Below are positions 8,110 to 17,513 of a stretch of 32,000 nucleotides of DNA, one piece after another. Under the pieces are notes generated by a model. That model was given only the letters and a program-made list of their open reading frames with translations, was not told the DNA's origin and did no database searches. The stretch covers positions 15,118 through 47,117 of the forward strand of contig DXJG01000012.1 in assembly GCA_019056805.1 (NCBI GenBank). The letters run 5' to 3'. The stretch comes from Candidatus Baldrarchaeota archaeon (GTDB taxonomy: Archaea; Asgardarchaeota; Baldrarchaeia; Baldrarchaeales; DXJG01). How positions within the stretch are numbered: position 1 is the first letter of the stretch; the number at the start of each line of letters is the position of its first letter. The translations under genes and the position numbers were made by a program.

Positions 8110-11100
8110 TTGGAGGTTCGCAAGTTGCGTGTGGGCGCGAAACTATTAAGGTTTGTTTTTATCTTCTCGCTTATTGCTACATTATGTGTATGTGATGTTA
8201 TGCTCCCATTCAGTGCTCTTAGCAATTCTCATGAAACATTATCTCCATCAAGTGTTAGATATCCGTTTTCAGTAGATATAGGTCCAATCTATGAAGATAA
8301 CAGACTAGTTGCATATGTACTTTACCCCATTCGCCAAGTCTACGTCGTTGACGTTTATAAAGTAGAGCTTCCCGATGAATTGAATAAAACGAGTATCAGG
8401 GTTGGATATCTAAACAGTATGGGTATTGAACATTTAGATTATTGGAATGGTATAGATGGAATAGGATGGGAAGCAGAACTGACTAGGTTTGAAGAGTTCA
8501 TGAAATACTTTAACATAACTGCCGATAAAGATGGCAGAATAAATCTTGCTGGAGAACCCATATACCATGAGTTCTATGAAAGAAATCTTCTAGAAGTGCA
8601 TTTCGCTAGGAAACACTGGCAAAATGTGCTTATAGAAATCTTGAAGATGATGTTTGATTCTGGAATGGCTGGGGTAGAGTTTGATGGAGGTATCGGAGCG
8701 TATTCAGCGAGTGGGGGCTTCTTTACATTTGACAACGAAACCATGGAAGGTTTCAATGAATATTTAGCTTCTAAATATTCTGAAGAGGAATTAAGAACGC
8801 TTTTTGGCATAGAAAATATCGAGACATTCAACTTTAGGGAATATCTAAATAATCTTGGATATTATGATGATTCAACTATTAGTCCTGATGGGAGTGAAAT
8901 TACAGATCCCAAAGCTAGGGCTCTTTGGAGAGAACTGGCATTATACCATTTAACATGCTTGGTTGATTTCTACAAAAAAATCAGAGAAAACATAGATGCT
9001 TGGGAGAATAAAAGTGGAAGAGATTTTATAGTGTTGATTAATGCGCCTACACTTCACTATAAAACCTGCTGGGGTTTGCCAATAAATATCTTAGCTGTTC
9101 TTCAATACGTAGATGGGCTTAGCTACGAAGTGGATTGGAGAAGTGAGGGAAATGCTTATCCAAATATGACTTTGGCTCCTGATTTTAGGATAGTAACCAG
9201 CTTAAGCAAGATGATAAGAAGTTGGACTCTTCCAACTTCAGGATTATCACCTGAATGGGCATTAAAATGTATTCCATTAGATTTTATTGCAGCAGCTGAA
9301 CTCATAGCTGTCAGTGCTAAGGAAACAAACCCGCAACTTCCAGTATTGATTGATATAGATGACCTAAAACGTTTAGAAGATTTCAGCTTTCTAATTCAGA
9401 AGAACCCGCAACTTTACGATCAAGAAGATTATGGACAAATAGCTTTAATATATCCTATGGCCTCTGCCTGGTACTCGGAAGAACCTCCTACAGCCGTGAT
9501 ACCTGTTGATCGTTATATTAGTTATGAGGGAGCTTATTATCTCTTAGCTGATGCACATTATCCAATAGACGTCGTGGTTTTTGGCGATAACATATGGTTT
9601 AATAGGACCCCCTCCTTAGGTGAATTGTTAAAGTATAAGGCTATAGTGTTAGCTAATGCAACTCATTTAACAGATGATCAAGTTGAGCTTATAATAGACT
9701 ATGTAGAGAGCGGCGGAATTCTTATTGCTATAGGAGAACTGGGGGTTTATAATGAAACTGGAGCTAAGGTTAGTAGACCTGAGCTTTCATCTTTACTAGA
9801 AGGCACATATAGCACGATGCACGGTATAAATGTCTCCATACATAGTTATGGTAGTGGAACTGTTATTCACATCCCGGAAAACCTAGCTTGGGATTACTTC
9901 ATGTATAGACTTTACTATGATCCAGATTCGAAGAATATTTTAAATGGGTTCAAGTCTATTTTGACATCTGTATTGCCTAGTGAAATCGAGACCAACTTAA
10001 CAGATCGAACTCATATTATACGGTATAGGGGTAAAGAGGTTGAAAACCTCGTATTTTACATAGTCAATTATGAGTTTGATTTTGAGAAAAGGGAGTTAAT
10101 TAAGCAATATAATGTTAGTTTTTCCTTTAAGCTACCGAGCTTCTTAGCTGAAAGAGAAATTCAAGTGAAAGTATATTCAGAAGAGAACACGGATGGCGAA
10201 CTTGTTAATTTTGAAAAAGATGGCGATTGGATTCATATTTCATTGTCAGAAGTTCCTGTGTTGACAATTGTTGAAGTAAGACCCTATAAACCAAAAGATG
10301 AAACGACCGTGATATCTGAACCAACTACTCTTGAAAGTGAAACATTAATTTTGTCTGGAGATCTAGTAATCTCTTCAGATCTAGTTTTAAGGGATTCAAG
10401 GATCGTTGTGAATGCTTCAAGTTGGGAACCTATCTCTATTAGAGTTCTTCCGGGCGGTTCTCTTACGATGATTAATTCTGTCATAGACAAAGAAGCGGGA
10501 AACTATTTTGTAGTCGTAGAGAAAGGTGCTAAACTTTACATGAGAAACTCTGAGGTTAGTGGAGCTGGAGTATGGGGAACTCTAGATCGAAGTGGATTTG
10601 TAGTGTTTGCTGACGACGTCGTAGTAACGGGCTGCAGCTTTCACAATAGCTTCGACGCTGGTCTCCTACTTTATAACGTTACTTATGCGGTAGTCTCGAA
10701 TAATACATTCCGTGATAATAGGATAGGTCTTTCAATAGTAATTGCAGGAATGGTCAACGCTATGGGAAATAAGTATGTAAACAACAGTATAGGTCTATAT
10801 GCAACTGACATTATTAGACTTAAAATATCGGATAGCCTATTTTTGAATAATGGATTCCTAGGTATGGCTCTGAAGAGAGGCAATTTCGAGATATTTAACA
10901 CTACAGTTAAGGACTCGTTGCACCACGGCATTTATGTCAATTCGGGAACGATTAAAATATGTGAGTCAATAGTGGAGTCTAATGAGGTTGGTATATTTGT
11001 CGACGGCTCTCCTTTAGCTATACTGTTAGGAAATAAGGTGTATAATAATACTAACATTGGCATATGGTTTAATCAGATAGTTTCACTAGGAAATTACCCA

Positions 11101-12279
11101 TGGTTCTGGTATAACTTGAAACTTCCATCTCTACTATGTGAAGGATGTATTATCAACAATGAAATTACTGAAAATGGTATTGGGATTTTAGTTGAGAACA
11201 AAGAATACTACTTTAATGAATTTATACGTATAGCTAACAATACCATTAGCGGAAATCAGGTTGGAATATCGATTTCAAACTCTGTCGCAAAAATATATGC
11301 TAACAACTTTATAGGGAATGAAAAACATGTTGGTCAAGTAAGTGGACCTGTGGAGTTCTACTATGATTGGATTTTAGCGGGAGAAAGAATAGCCTTAAAG
11401 ACTATTGGGAACTATTGGGATGACTATAGTGGGTCGGGTAATTATACGGTGACTTCAGAGTACGAAGATATTTATCCCCTCAGAGAACCTGCGGCAACTT
11501 CCTTTACCGGGGATGTAAATGAACCTATAGTTAAAATTTTAAATGTAAGTATTGTTTCTTCTTCTAATGGAATGGTTAAGGTAAAACTATATTTTGAGAC
11601 TTGGGATGATACTCTTCTCAGCGGTGCACCGACACCTGATCTTTACTGCTACTTCGCTTTTGGCTCGTTTTGGAGTCCAAATATAGAAATGGAGCATAAC
11701 TGGATTGGAGTAAGCGGGGAGATATTGGCTCCAGAACTTAGTGGAAGGTCTCCTGAAGATGTTTTAAGCTATGTAATTGGGTCTTGGGTGGCAGAAGTAA
11801 ATGAGTCCTGGCTGGAAAATATGAGCATAGCGATATATGTAAGTGATATGTATTGTAACTGGGCTCGAAACGACAGTATTAAGCCTCATGTAACGGTTGT
11901 TAGAAGGGATCCCGACGTTGTCTACGAGGCCGATGAAGTCACAATAGAGGCCGCAGTTTTCGATTGGAGCAGAATTGCAAACGTCACCTTAAGGTATTAT
12001 GATGGAAGCTCTTTCAAAGAGGTGGTCATGAATTATGATCACCGAAGCGGACTATATGTTGCTAAAATACCTGCTTTGCAAGCAGGAAAACGCGTAGAAT
12101 ATCAGGTCATTGCTGAGGATATCTATGGAAATCTAGCTGAAAGCAATGTTTATTCGTACGAGGTTAAAGCTGTGGTTCCGCCAAGTGTAGAAATTCCCGT
12201 AGAGTACATAATTGGAGGAGTGGTAAGTGTGGTTGTGGTGGGGACAATAATAGTAATTATAATTCGACGTAGAAGATAG
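8110..12279 (+). CDS. Large secreted, C-terminally anchored protein: GH-like TIM barrel, GATase1/GH42-trimerisation-like domain, right-handed beta-helix, Ig-like domains, TM
   Basis: Signal peptide (likely start TTG 8125 after GGAGG 8112-8116). GVEFDG and FREYL segments, KYKAIVLANATHLTDDQVELIIDYVESGGILIA, repeated NNxIGI beta-helix coils, GNYWDDYSG, TM followed by RRRR. Confidence 0.85.
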   Translation: MEVRKLRVGAKLLRFVFIFSLIATLCVCDVMLPFSALSNSHETLSPSSVRYPFSVDIGPIYEDNRLVAYVLYPIRQVYVVDVYKVELPDELNKTSIRVGYLNSMGIEHLDYWNGIDGIGWEAELTRFEEFMKYFNITADKDGRINLAGEPIYHEFYERNLLEVHFARKHWQNVLIEILKMMFDSGMAGVEFDGGIGAYSASGGFFTFDNETMEGFNEYLASKYSEEELRTLFGIENIETFNFREYLNNLGYYDDSTISPDGSEITDPKARALWRELALYHLTCLVDFYKKIRENIDAWENKSGRDFIVLINAPTLHYKTCWGLPINILAVLQYVDGLSYEVDWRSEGNAYPNMTLAPDFRIVTSLSKMIRSWTLPTSGLSPEWALKCIPLDFIAAAELIAVSAKETNPQLPVLIDIDDLKRLEDFSFLIQKNPQLYDQEDYGQIALIYPMASAWYSEEPPTAVIPVDRYISYEGAYYLLADAHYPIDVVVFGDNIWFNRTPSLGELLKYKAIVLANATHLTDDQVELIIDYVESGGILIAIGELGVYNETGAKVSRPELSSLLEGTYSTMHGINVSIHSYGSGTVIHIPENLAWDYFMYRLYYDPDSKNILNGFKSILTSVLPSEIETNLTDRTHIIRYRGKEVENLVFYIVNYEFDFEKRELIKQYNVSFSFKLPSFLAEREIQVKVYSEENTDGELVNFEKDGDWIHISLSEVPVLTIVEVRPYKPKDETTVISEPTTLESETLILSGDLVISSDLVLRDSRIVVNASSWEPISIRVLPGGSLTMINSVIDKEAGNYFVVVEKGAKLYMRNSEVSGAGVWGTLDRSGFVVFADDVVVTGCSFHNSFDAGLLLYNVTYAVVSNNTFRDNRIGLSIVIAGMVNAMGNKYVNNSIGLYATDIIRLKISDSLFLNNGFLGMALKRGNFEIFNTTVKDSLHHGIYVNSGTIKICESIVESNEVGIFVDGSPLAILLGNKVYNNTNIGIWFNQIVSLGNYPWFWYNLKLPSLLCEGCIINNEITENGIGILVENKEYYFNEFIRIANNTISGNQVGISISNSVAKIYANNFIGNEKHVGQVSGPVEFYYDWILAGERIALKTIGNYWDDYSGSGNYTVTSEYEDIYPLREPAATSFTGDVNEPIVKILNVSIVSSSNGMVKVKLYFETWDDTLLSGAPTPDLYCYFAFGSFWSPNIEMEHNWIGVSGEILAPELSGRSPEDVLSYVIGSWVAEVNESWLENMSIAIYVSDMYCNWARNDSIKPHVTVVRRDPDVVYEADEVTIEAAVFDWSRIANVTLRYYDGSSFKEVVMNYDHRSGLYVAKIPALQAGKRVEYQVIAEDIYGNLAESNVYSYEVKAVVPPSVEIPVEYIIGGVVSVVVVGTIIVIIIRRRR

Positions 12280-12324
12280 ATTTCACTGCATTACAAGTTT
12301 TTGAGCGAAAACGTTTACAATTTA

Positions 12325-12345
12325 TTTGACGGCTTTCCCGTCAAA
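12325..12345. terminator. Hairpin between convergent genes
   Basis: TTTGACGG-CTTTC-CCGTCAAA, a perfect 8-bp stem 45 nt after the stop at 12279. Confidence 0.3.
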
Positions 12346-12599
12346 GAATTCTTTACCTACCACAGACAGATACTTCTAATGCTATCACAATCCTCTAAGA
12401 ATTGAATTTAACTTGCTCTCTTTCTTCTACATCTGTCAAGAAAGATATGGAGATAGCTAAAGAGAAAGATATGACGTCTTCTATGTTCAATTAGCGGGAG
12501 AAAATAAATCAATATTATTAATAGTTGAAATAACAGTATAGAAAAAATCTAGAGATTTTTACAATTCATTTTTCAATCGTTAATTTTGTGTTACTATGT

Positions 12600-12998
12600 T
12601 TATAGTGGTATGAACATTGTTTTTATTTGTTGTACTCCTCTCATTCCTCTAATTCTGCTTACGAGGTCAAGTATTCTTTTGTGTTCTCCCTCAGCGATGA
12701 AAATATCAAGGCAATATTGTTTACCTATGTGTCTATGTATGTTTTCTACAACTACGTCGTCAAACTCGTGTCTTACCTCGCTTAATCTTAACTCTATGTC
12801 CCTTCTTGCATATTCACGTGTAACCATAATTACTGTGACCACATTTTCGTTTTCGATCTTAGCAATTTCTGCTTCTGCCATTAAACTTCTTAGAGCGTCT
12901 CGAAAAGCTTCAGATCTACTATAATATCCTCTTGATTTTATAAATTCATCAAATTTCTTTAGAAGTTCACTTGGTAAAGTAATACTTACAACTGGCAT
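12600..12998 (-). CDS. nikR: Nickel-responsive regulator NikR (RHH plus ACT-like metal-binding domain)
   Basis: N-terminal RHH VSITLPSELLKKFDEFIKSRGYYSRSEAFRDALR; Ni-ligand pattern H...HxH.....C retained (EVRH...IHRHIGKQYC); GGTGAG upstream. Confidence 0.9.
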   Translation of the reverse strand: MPVVSITLPSELLKKFDEFIKSRGYYSRSEAFRDALRSLMAEAEIAKIENENVVTVIMVTREYARRDIELRLSEVRHEFDDVVVENIHRHIGKQYCLDIFIAEGEHKRILDLVSRIRGMRGVQQIKTMFIPL

Positions 12999-13009
12999 AT
13001 TCTCACCAC

Positions 13010-13081
13010 ATATTAACTTAGTACCTATATACTAATACTACACTAATATTTTTTCCTCCTTTTTCAGCACTAAGTTAATAT
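13010..13081. promoter_or_regulatory. 13-bp perfect inverted repeat flanking the nikR/ATPase divergent promoter region
   Basis: ATATTAACTTAGT (13010-13022) and ACTAAGTTAATAT (13069-13081), 46-nt spacer. Confidence 0.55.
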
Positions 13082-13126
13082 TTGACTTTTGGAAATTTAC
13101 ATGAGACATATTCTTGGGAGATAAAA

Positions 13127-15082
13127 ATGAATAAGAACGTAGAGAAACATGAGACCTTAGAAATAAGAGAAAGACATGGTGAAGAGGAAAGGGAAATTTG
13201 GATTTTTATAGCTATTGGTCTAGGTTTCACAATATTTTTATCAATATTATTGGATCGCTTGTTTGAAGGAATACCATTAGGCTTTATAATTCCCGTACTC
13301 AATGAGCCAGCAACCGTTACTTCAATACTTTATCATATAGTTGTATTTGTAGTAGGAATTTATGTTGGATATATGGGATTAAAAGAACTTGTTGTTGAAA
13401 AACGTTTTTCAGTTGAATTTTTAATGTCCGTGGCTGCACTAGGTGCATTATATTTAGATTTCCTGTTTGAAGGTGCTACAGTACTACTATTATATTCATT
13501 ATCCGAATATTTTGAAGACTATATTGAGGATAGGGCTAGAAAAACAGTAGAGAGACTTTCAAAATATATGCCTGATCAAGCTATAGTATTAGAAAATGGA
13601 TCAGAAAAAACTATACATGTAAAAGATGTAAAACCTGGAATGACAATATTAGTGAAGCCCGGTGAAAGAATACCTTTAGACGGCGTTGTGATTGATGGAT
13701 CTTCCTATGTTGATCAATCTCTTGTAACAGGTGAATCAGTTCCCGTCTTTAAGAAAATGGGAGACACTGTTTACGCAGGAACATTAAACACTGATGGAGT
13801 TCTTAAAATAAATGTGACTAAAAAGGCTGAAGAAACTCTTGTATCAAGAATTGTGAACCTGGTTTTAGAATCTAGGGAGAGAAAGGCATCTATTGAAAGA
13901 TTAATTGATAAATTTGCCCGAGTATATGTGCCTATCGTAGTTTCACTAGCAGCGTTTACGGCGATAGTTATGCCTAGAATTACTGGTTCATTTGAAATAT
14001 GGTTCTATAGATCTCTAATACTTCTTGTTGTCTCTTGTCCAAGTGCTTTCGTAGTATCTGTACCTGCAACCATGTTTACTGCTATAACTGCAGCAGCTCG
14101 AAAAGGTGTAATAATCAAGGGCGGAGTGTATATAGAGAAGATGGCTAGAGTGAAAACTATGGTTTTTGACAAAACAGGAACCTTAACTCTGGGTAAATTG
14201 AAGTTAAGTGAAATTCACACATTTAATGGACATGATGGAAAACAAGCACTTTTGTATGCAGCGGCACTGGAACAATATTCTAATCATCCAGTTGCAGAAG
14301 CTATTGTAAATAAAGCATTAGAAGATGGGCTAGAATTCAGAGAACTCGAAGTAAAAGAAGTAAGGGAAATACCTGGAAAAGGTATCCTTGGTTTAGTAAA
14401 TGGAACCCAAGTAATTGTAGGTAACAAGGAGTTATTGAAGGAATATGGTTTTGATCTCGAAGTTTTGAATAAAATATCTGAAAGGCACGCTAGAATAATT
14501 GTTTCAATAAATAACTCGATAATTGCTACTTTCTGTGTTAAGGATGTTGTTAGAGAAGATGCCATAGAGGCGGTTAAAACTCTTAAGGCATATGGTGTTC
14601 GTACAGTAATGCTCACCGGAGACAAAACTGAAGTTGCTGAGGAAATTGCTAAAAAATTGGGTATTAATGAGTTTTATGGTGATCTTCTCCCGGAAGACAA
14701 GTTGAGGATAGTGGATAAACTTAGAGCAAAAGATAGCTTGGTTGCTATGGTGGGAGATGGAGTAAATGATGCACCTGCATTAGCTGCTTCAGACGTAGGT
14801 ATTGCTATGGGAGGGGGAGGCGTTGATGTAGCTTTAGAGTCAGCTGATATCGTGCTTGTTAAAGATGAGTTAATTCAAATTCCTTACATATACAAGTTGA
14901 GTGATAAAGCTGTCAAAATTGCAAAACAAAATATAGTTGCTTCGCTTGGAACCAAGCTTATTTTAGGTGCCTTGGGTTTCTTGGGATTAATTCCACTATG
15001 GTTTGCAGTAGCAACAGGAGATGATGGCGTTACATTATTACTACTCTTAAACACTTTACGTCTCGCTAAGATGAAAATTTAG
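13127..15082 (+). CDS. Heavy-metal translocating P1B-type ATPase
   Basis: TGES, CPS (14036-14044), DKTGT, HP, TGD and GDGVNDAPALA motifs. ATG 13127 after GGAG is preferred over TTG 13082. No N-terminal CxxC metal-binding domain. Confidence 0.95.
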   Translation: MNKNVEKHETLEIRERHGEEEREIWIFIAIGLGFTIFLSILLDRLFEGIPLGFIIPVLNEPATVTSILYHIVVFVVGIYVGYMGLKELVVEKRFSVEFLMSVAALGALYLDFLFEGATVLLLYSLSEYFEDYIEDRARKTVERLSKYMPDQAIVLENGSEKTIHVKDVKPGMTILVKPGERIPLDGVVIDGSSYVDQSLVTGESVPVFKKMGDTVYAGTLNTDGVLKINVTKKAEETLVSRIVNLVLESRERKASIERLIDKFARVYVPIVVSLAAFTAIVMPRITGSFEIWFYRSLILLVVSCPSAFVVSVPATMFTAITAAARKGVIIKGGVYIEKMARVKTMVFDKTGTLTLGKLKLSEIHTFNGHDGKQALLYAAALEQYSNHPVAEAIVNKALEDGLEFRELEVKEVREIPGKGILGLVNGTQVIVGNKELLKEYGFDLEVLNKISERHARIIVSINNSIIATFCVKDVVREDAIEAVKTLKAYGVRTVMLTGDKTEVAEEIAKKLGINEFYGDLLPEDKLRIVDKLRAKDSLVAMVGDGVNDAPALAASDVGIAMGGGGVDVALESADIVLVKDELIQIPYIYKLSDKAVKIAKQNIVASLGTKLILGALGFLGLIPLWFAVATGDDGVTLLLLLNTLRLAKMKI

Positions 15083-15101
15083 TTATCAATGAACTCCTTT
15101 G

Positions 15102-15830
15102 CTATTTGAATAATAGTTTTTTCAGATTTTCACCAAGCACTTTTCTCTTAGTTTTTTCATTTTCACATGCTTCTTCAATTTTTGTTAATTCAACACGTAT
15201 ATTCAAGTATGGAAAATCTGAACCAAAAAGTACACGATCCTCATCGACTTCTATCGCCTTAGCTATTGTGCTTGGGAGGACAACTGCACTAGTTTCAACA
15301 TATATGTTTTCATATTTTTCCATCACGCTGATACAAGCTTCTGAAAGATGACCTAAAATTATTGTCAAATCAGGATGTCTTTCCGCGACCAAAGCTATAT
15401 ATGACGGTGAAGCAAATCCCATGCCACTGTGAAATAGTATGGGAATTCCTAAGTTTTCTGCTTCTTTAAAAAGAGGATCGAAAGCAGGGTGATCTGGTCT
15501 AAAACACTCAACTATGGGATGAAGTTTTAACCCCTTTAACTCTAAATCTTCTATTGCAGTTTTTAATTGTTTAATGGCCTCGTCTTCGATTCGTGGATCT
15601 ACACGAGCAAAACCTATCAATCTATCATTATATTTTTTTACTTCATTTGCTATTTCCCTATTTCTTTCGTCGTATTGTTGCCCAACAGATGGGTTTGCAA
15701 AAATCACAGCTTTTCTTATTCCATATTTATCCATTGCTTTAACAATTTCCTCACCGCTGACTGAAGGGTCAAATTTTGGAGTCCAAGGAGCTGATTTACC
15801 ACAATGAACATGTGCATCCCATATCTCCAT
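15102..15830 (-). CDS. Amidohydrolase family protein (Amidohydro_2-like TIM barrel)
   Basis: DAHVH, GLKLHP, ILFHSG, ILGHL, NIYVETS, LFGSDFP; GGGAGG upstream. Confidence 0.9.
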   Translation of the reverse strand: MEIWDAHVHCGKSAPWTPKFDPSVSGEEIVKAMDKYGIRKAVIFANPSVGQQYDERNREIANEVKKYNDRLIGFARVDPRIEDEAIKQLKTAIEDLELKGLKLHPIVECFRPDHPAFDPLFKEAENLGIPILFHSGMGFASPSYIALVAERHPDLTIILGHLSEACISVMEKYENIYVETSAVVLPSTIAKAIEVDEDRVLFGSDFPYLNIRVELTKIEEACENEKTKRKVLGENLKKLLFK

Positions 15831-15897
15831 TAAAATCCCTCCCTTTCAATTATAAACATAATTTTGTTTGTATTAAATATCTCTAACAGGTTTAAAG

Positions 15898-17436
15898 TTA
15901 GTAGCCATATGGTAGACCGTCGCCTCGGACATCAGAAATGCCTATTAAAGTTCCATCCTTATATTTATATACTCCTTGAGCTACACCAGTCCTTCCAGGA
16001 TACTTTAACTTTATGTACATTTTATCGTTTGAAGTTTTGTAGCCTTCTTCGACAAGTATTTTTTCTCCGTTCCATAGGAATCTAGGTGCTTCTAAGGCTT
16101 CCCAAACGGGCATTTCATAATCAACTATATTGCTTACGAATAAGGCGTGTTGTTGTGGCCTGAAGTCGCCGCCACTTGCGCCTAGAGCTGCAAAAACACC
16201 TTCATCATCCTCTAAAAGTAAGGCTGAAAGAGTATGAAGTGAGCGTTTTCTTGGTTCTAATTTGTTAGGGCCCTCAAATTTAAAGTATGATCCACGATTG
16301 TTCAATGGAATTCCCAGGTTTTTTACAACTATACGGGATCCAAATGGATGAAATAAGCTTTGAATGGCTGAAACAATATTTCCCTCTTTATCAGCAATCG
16401 CAAAATACGTTGTATCTCCACTACTCAAGTTTAAGTTTTTAGTAGATTGAGGTATTTCTTTTAAAAGTTCTCGGGCAAAGCTCTTTGAAATGAATTTAGC
16501 TAAATCGATGTTAATATATCTTGGATCGCTTAGCTGGTTATCTCGTTCTCTGTAGGCAAGTTTCGCTACTTCTGTCACTAATCTTATTCTTTTTTCAGAA
16601 AAGGGATCGATATTTTTGAGGTTTAACTCTTCTAACATGTTTAACATGAGTAGAGTTGTTGCACCCATACTATTAGGTGGTATTTCATAGACACGAATAC
16701 CGTGGTAGGTTATGGATATTGGTTTACACCATTCAGGTTTGAAGTCGCTAAAATCTGAAACTGAAAAAACTTCTTCTCCCCTATTTAGGTAGTTTACTAT
16801 CTCCTCAGCTATCCAACCCTTATAGAAGACATCTGCCCCCTCATAAGCAATAGATTTTAAAACTTCAGCTAAATTTTTCTGTTTTAATATTTGCCCAACC
16901 TTTGGAGGCCTACCATTAATAAGATAGTTTTCTCGAAACCCCTCATCAGTGAAATTCTCTGCGCCGTACTCTATTGCACGTGAGAGACTCCAATAAACTG
17001 GGAAACCATTCTCAGCAAACTGTATTGGACCCTTAAGTAGTTTATCAAACTCAAGAGAACCAAATTTACTGTGTAATTCTTTTAATCCGGCAACCAGACC
17101 TGGAACAGTTACGGAGAAAGGAGAAAAGGCTGGCATTTCCCCATAACCTAAATTCTTCAGAAATTCAATTGACAACTTTTTTGGAGCCCAACCACTTGAA
17201 TTAAGACAATAAATTTTATTTTGCTCGGCAGAATAAAATAGTGTGAAAAAGTCTCCTCCAAGCCCGCCTAAATGCGGCTGAGTTACAGCTAATGTGAAAC
17301 TAGTGGCAATGGTGGCATCAAACGCATTTCCACCATTCATTAAAACTTTAACTCCTGCCATAGAGGCAAGAGGGTGCTCAGAAGCAATAACACCGTTACA
17401 AGCTATAAAGGGAGTTTTAAAAACCATAGATATCAT
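15898..17436 (-). CDS. Gamma-glutamyltransferase-family Ntn hydrolase, no signal peptide
   Basis: GGNAFDA, VTQPHLGGLGGD, VTVPG, autoprocessing GDTTYF (Thr nucleophile), LNNRG, PRKRSLHTL, GASGG, DVRGDG. Confidence 0.92.
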   Translation of the reverse strand: MISMVFKTPFIACNGVIASEHPLASMAGVKVLMNGGNAFDATIATSFTLAVTQPHLGGLGGDFFTLFYSAEQNKIYCLNSSGWAPKKLSIEFLKNLGYGEMPAFSPFSVTVPGLVAGLKELHSKFGSLEFDKLLKGPIQFAENGFPVYWSLSRAIEYGAENFTDEGFRENYLINGRPPKVGQILKQKNLAEVLKSIAYEGADVFYKGWIAEEIVNYLNRGEEVFSVSDFSDFKPEWCKPISITYHGIRVYEIPPNSMGATTLLMLNMLEELNLKNIDPFSEKRIRLVTEVAKLAYRERDNQLSDPRYINIDLAKFISKSFARELLKEIPQSTKNLNLSSGDTTYFAIADKEGNIVSAIQSLFHPFGSRIVVKNLGIPLNNRGSYFKFEGPNKLEPRKRSLHTLSALLLEDDEGVFAALGASGGDFRPQQHALFVSNIVDYEMPVWEALEAPRFLWNGEKILVEEGYKTSNDKMYIKLKYPGRTGVAQGVYKYKDGTLIGISDVRGDGLPYGY

Positions 17437-17513
17437 TCCACCTTATAAAACAACTGTAGGAGTTTATTTTAAACAATCTATAAAATAAAAATTTTGTTTT
17501 TAAAAGTTAGTTG

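Noticed and set aside
11401-11420. Tandem ACTATTGGGA x2
   Set aside because: The 10-nt period is out of frame and it falls in the conserved GNYW motif; most likely chance.
12586-12924. Plus-strand 112-aa Cys-containing ORF
   Set aside because: Antisense shadow of nikR.
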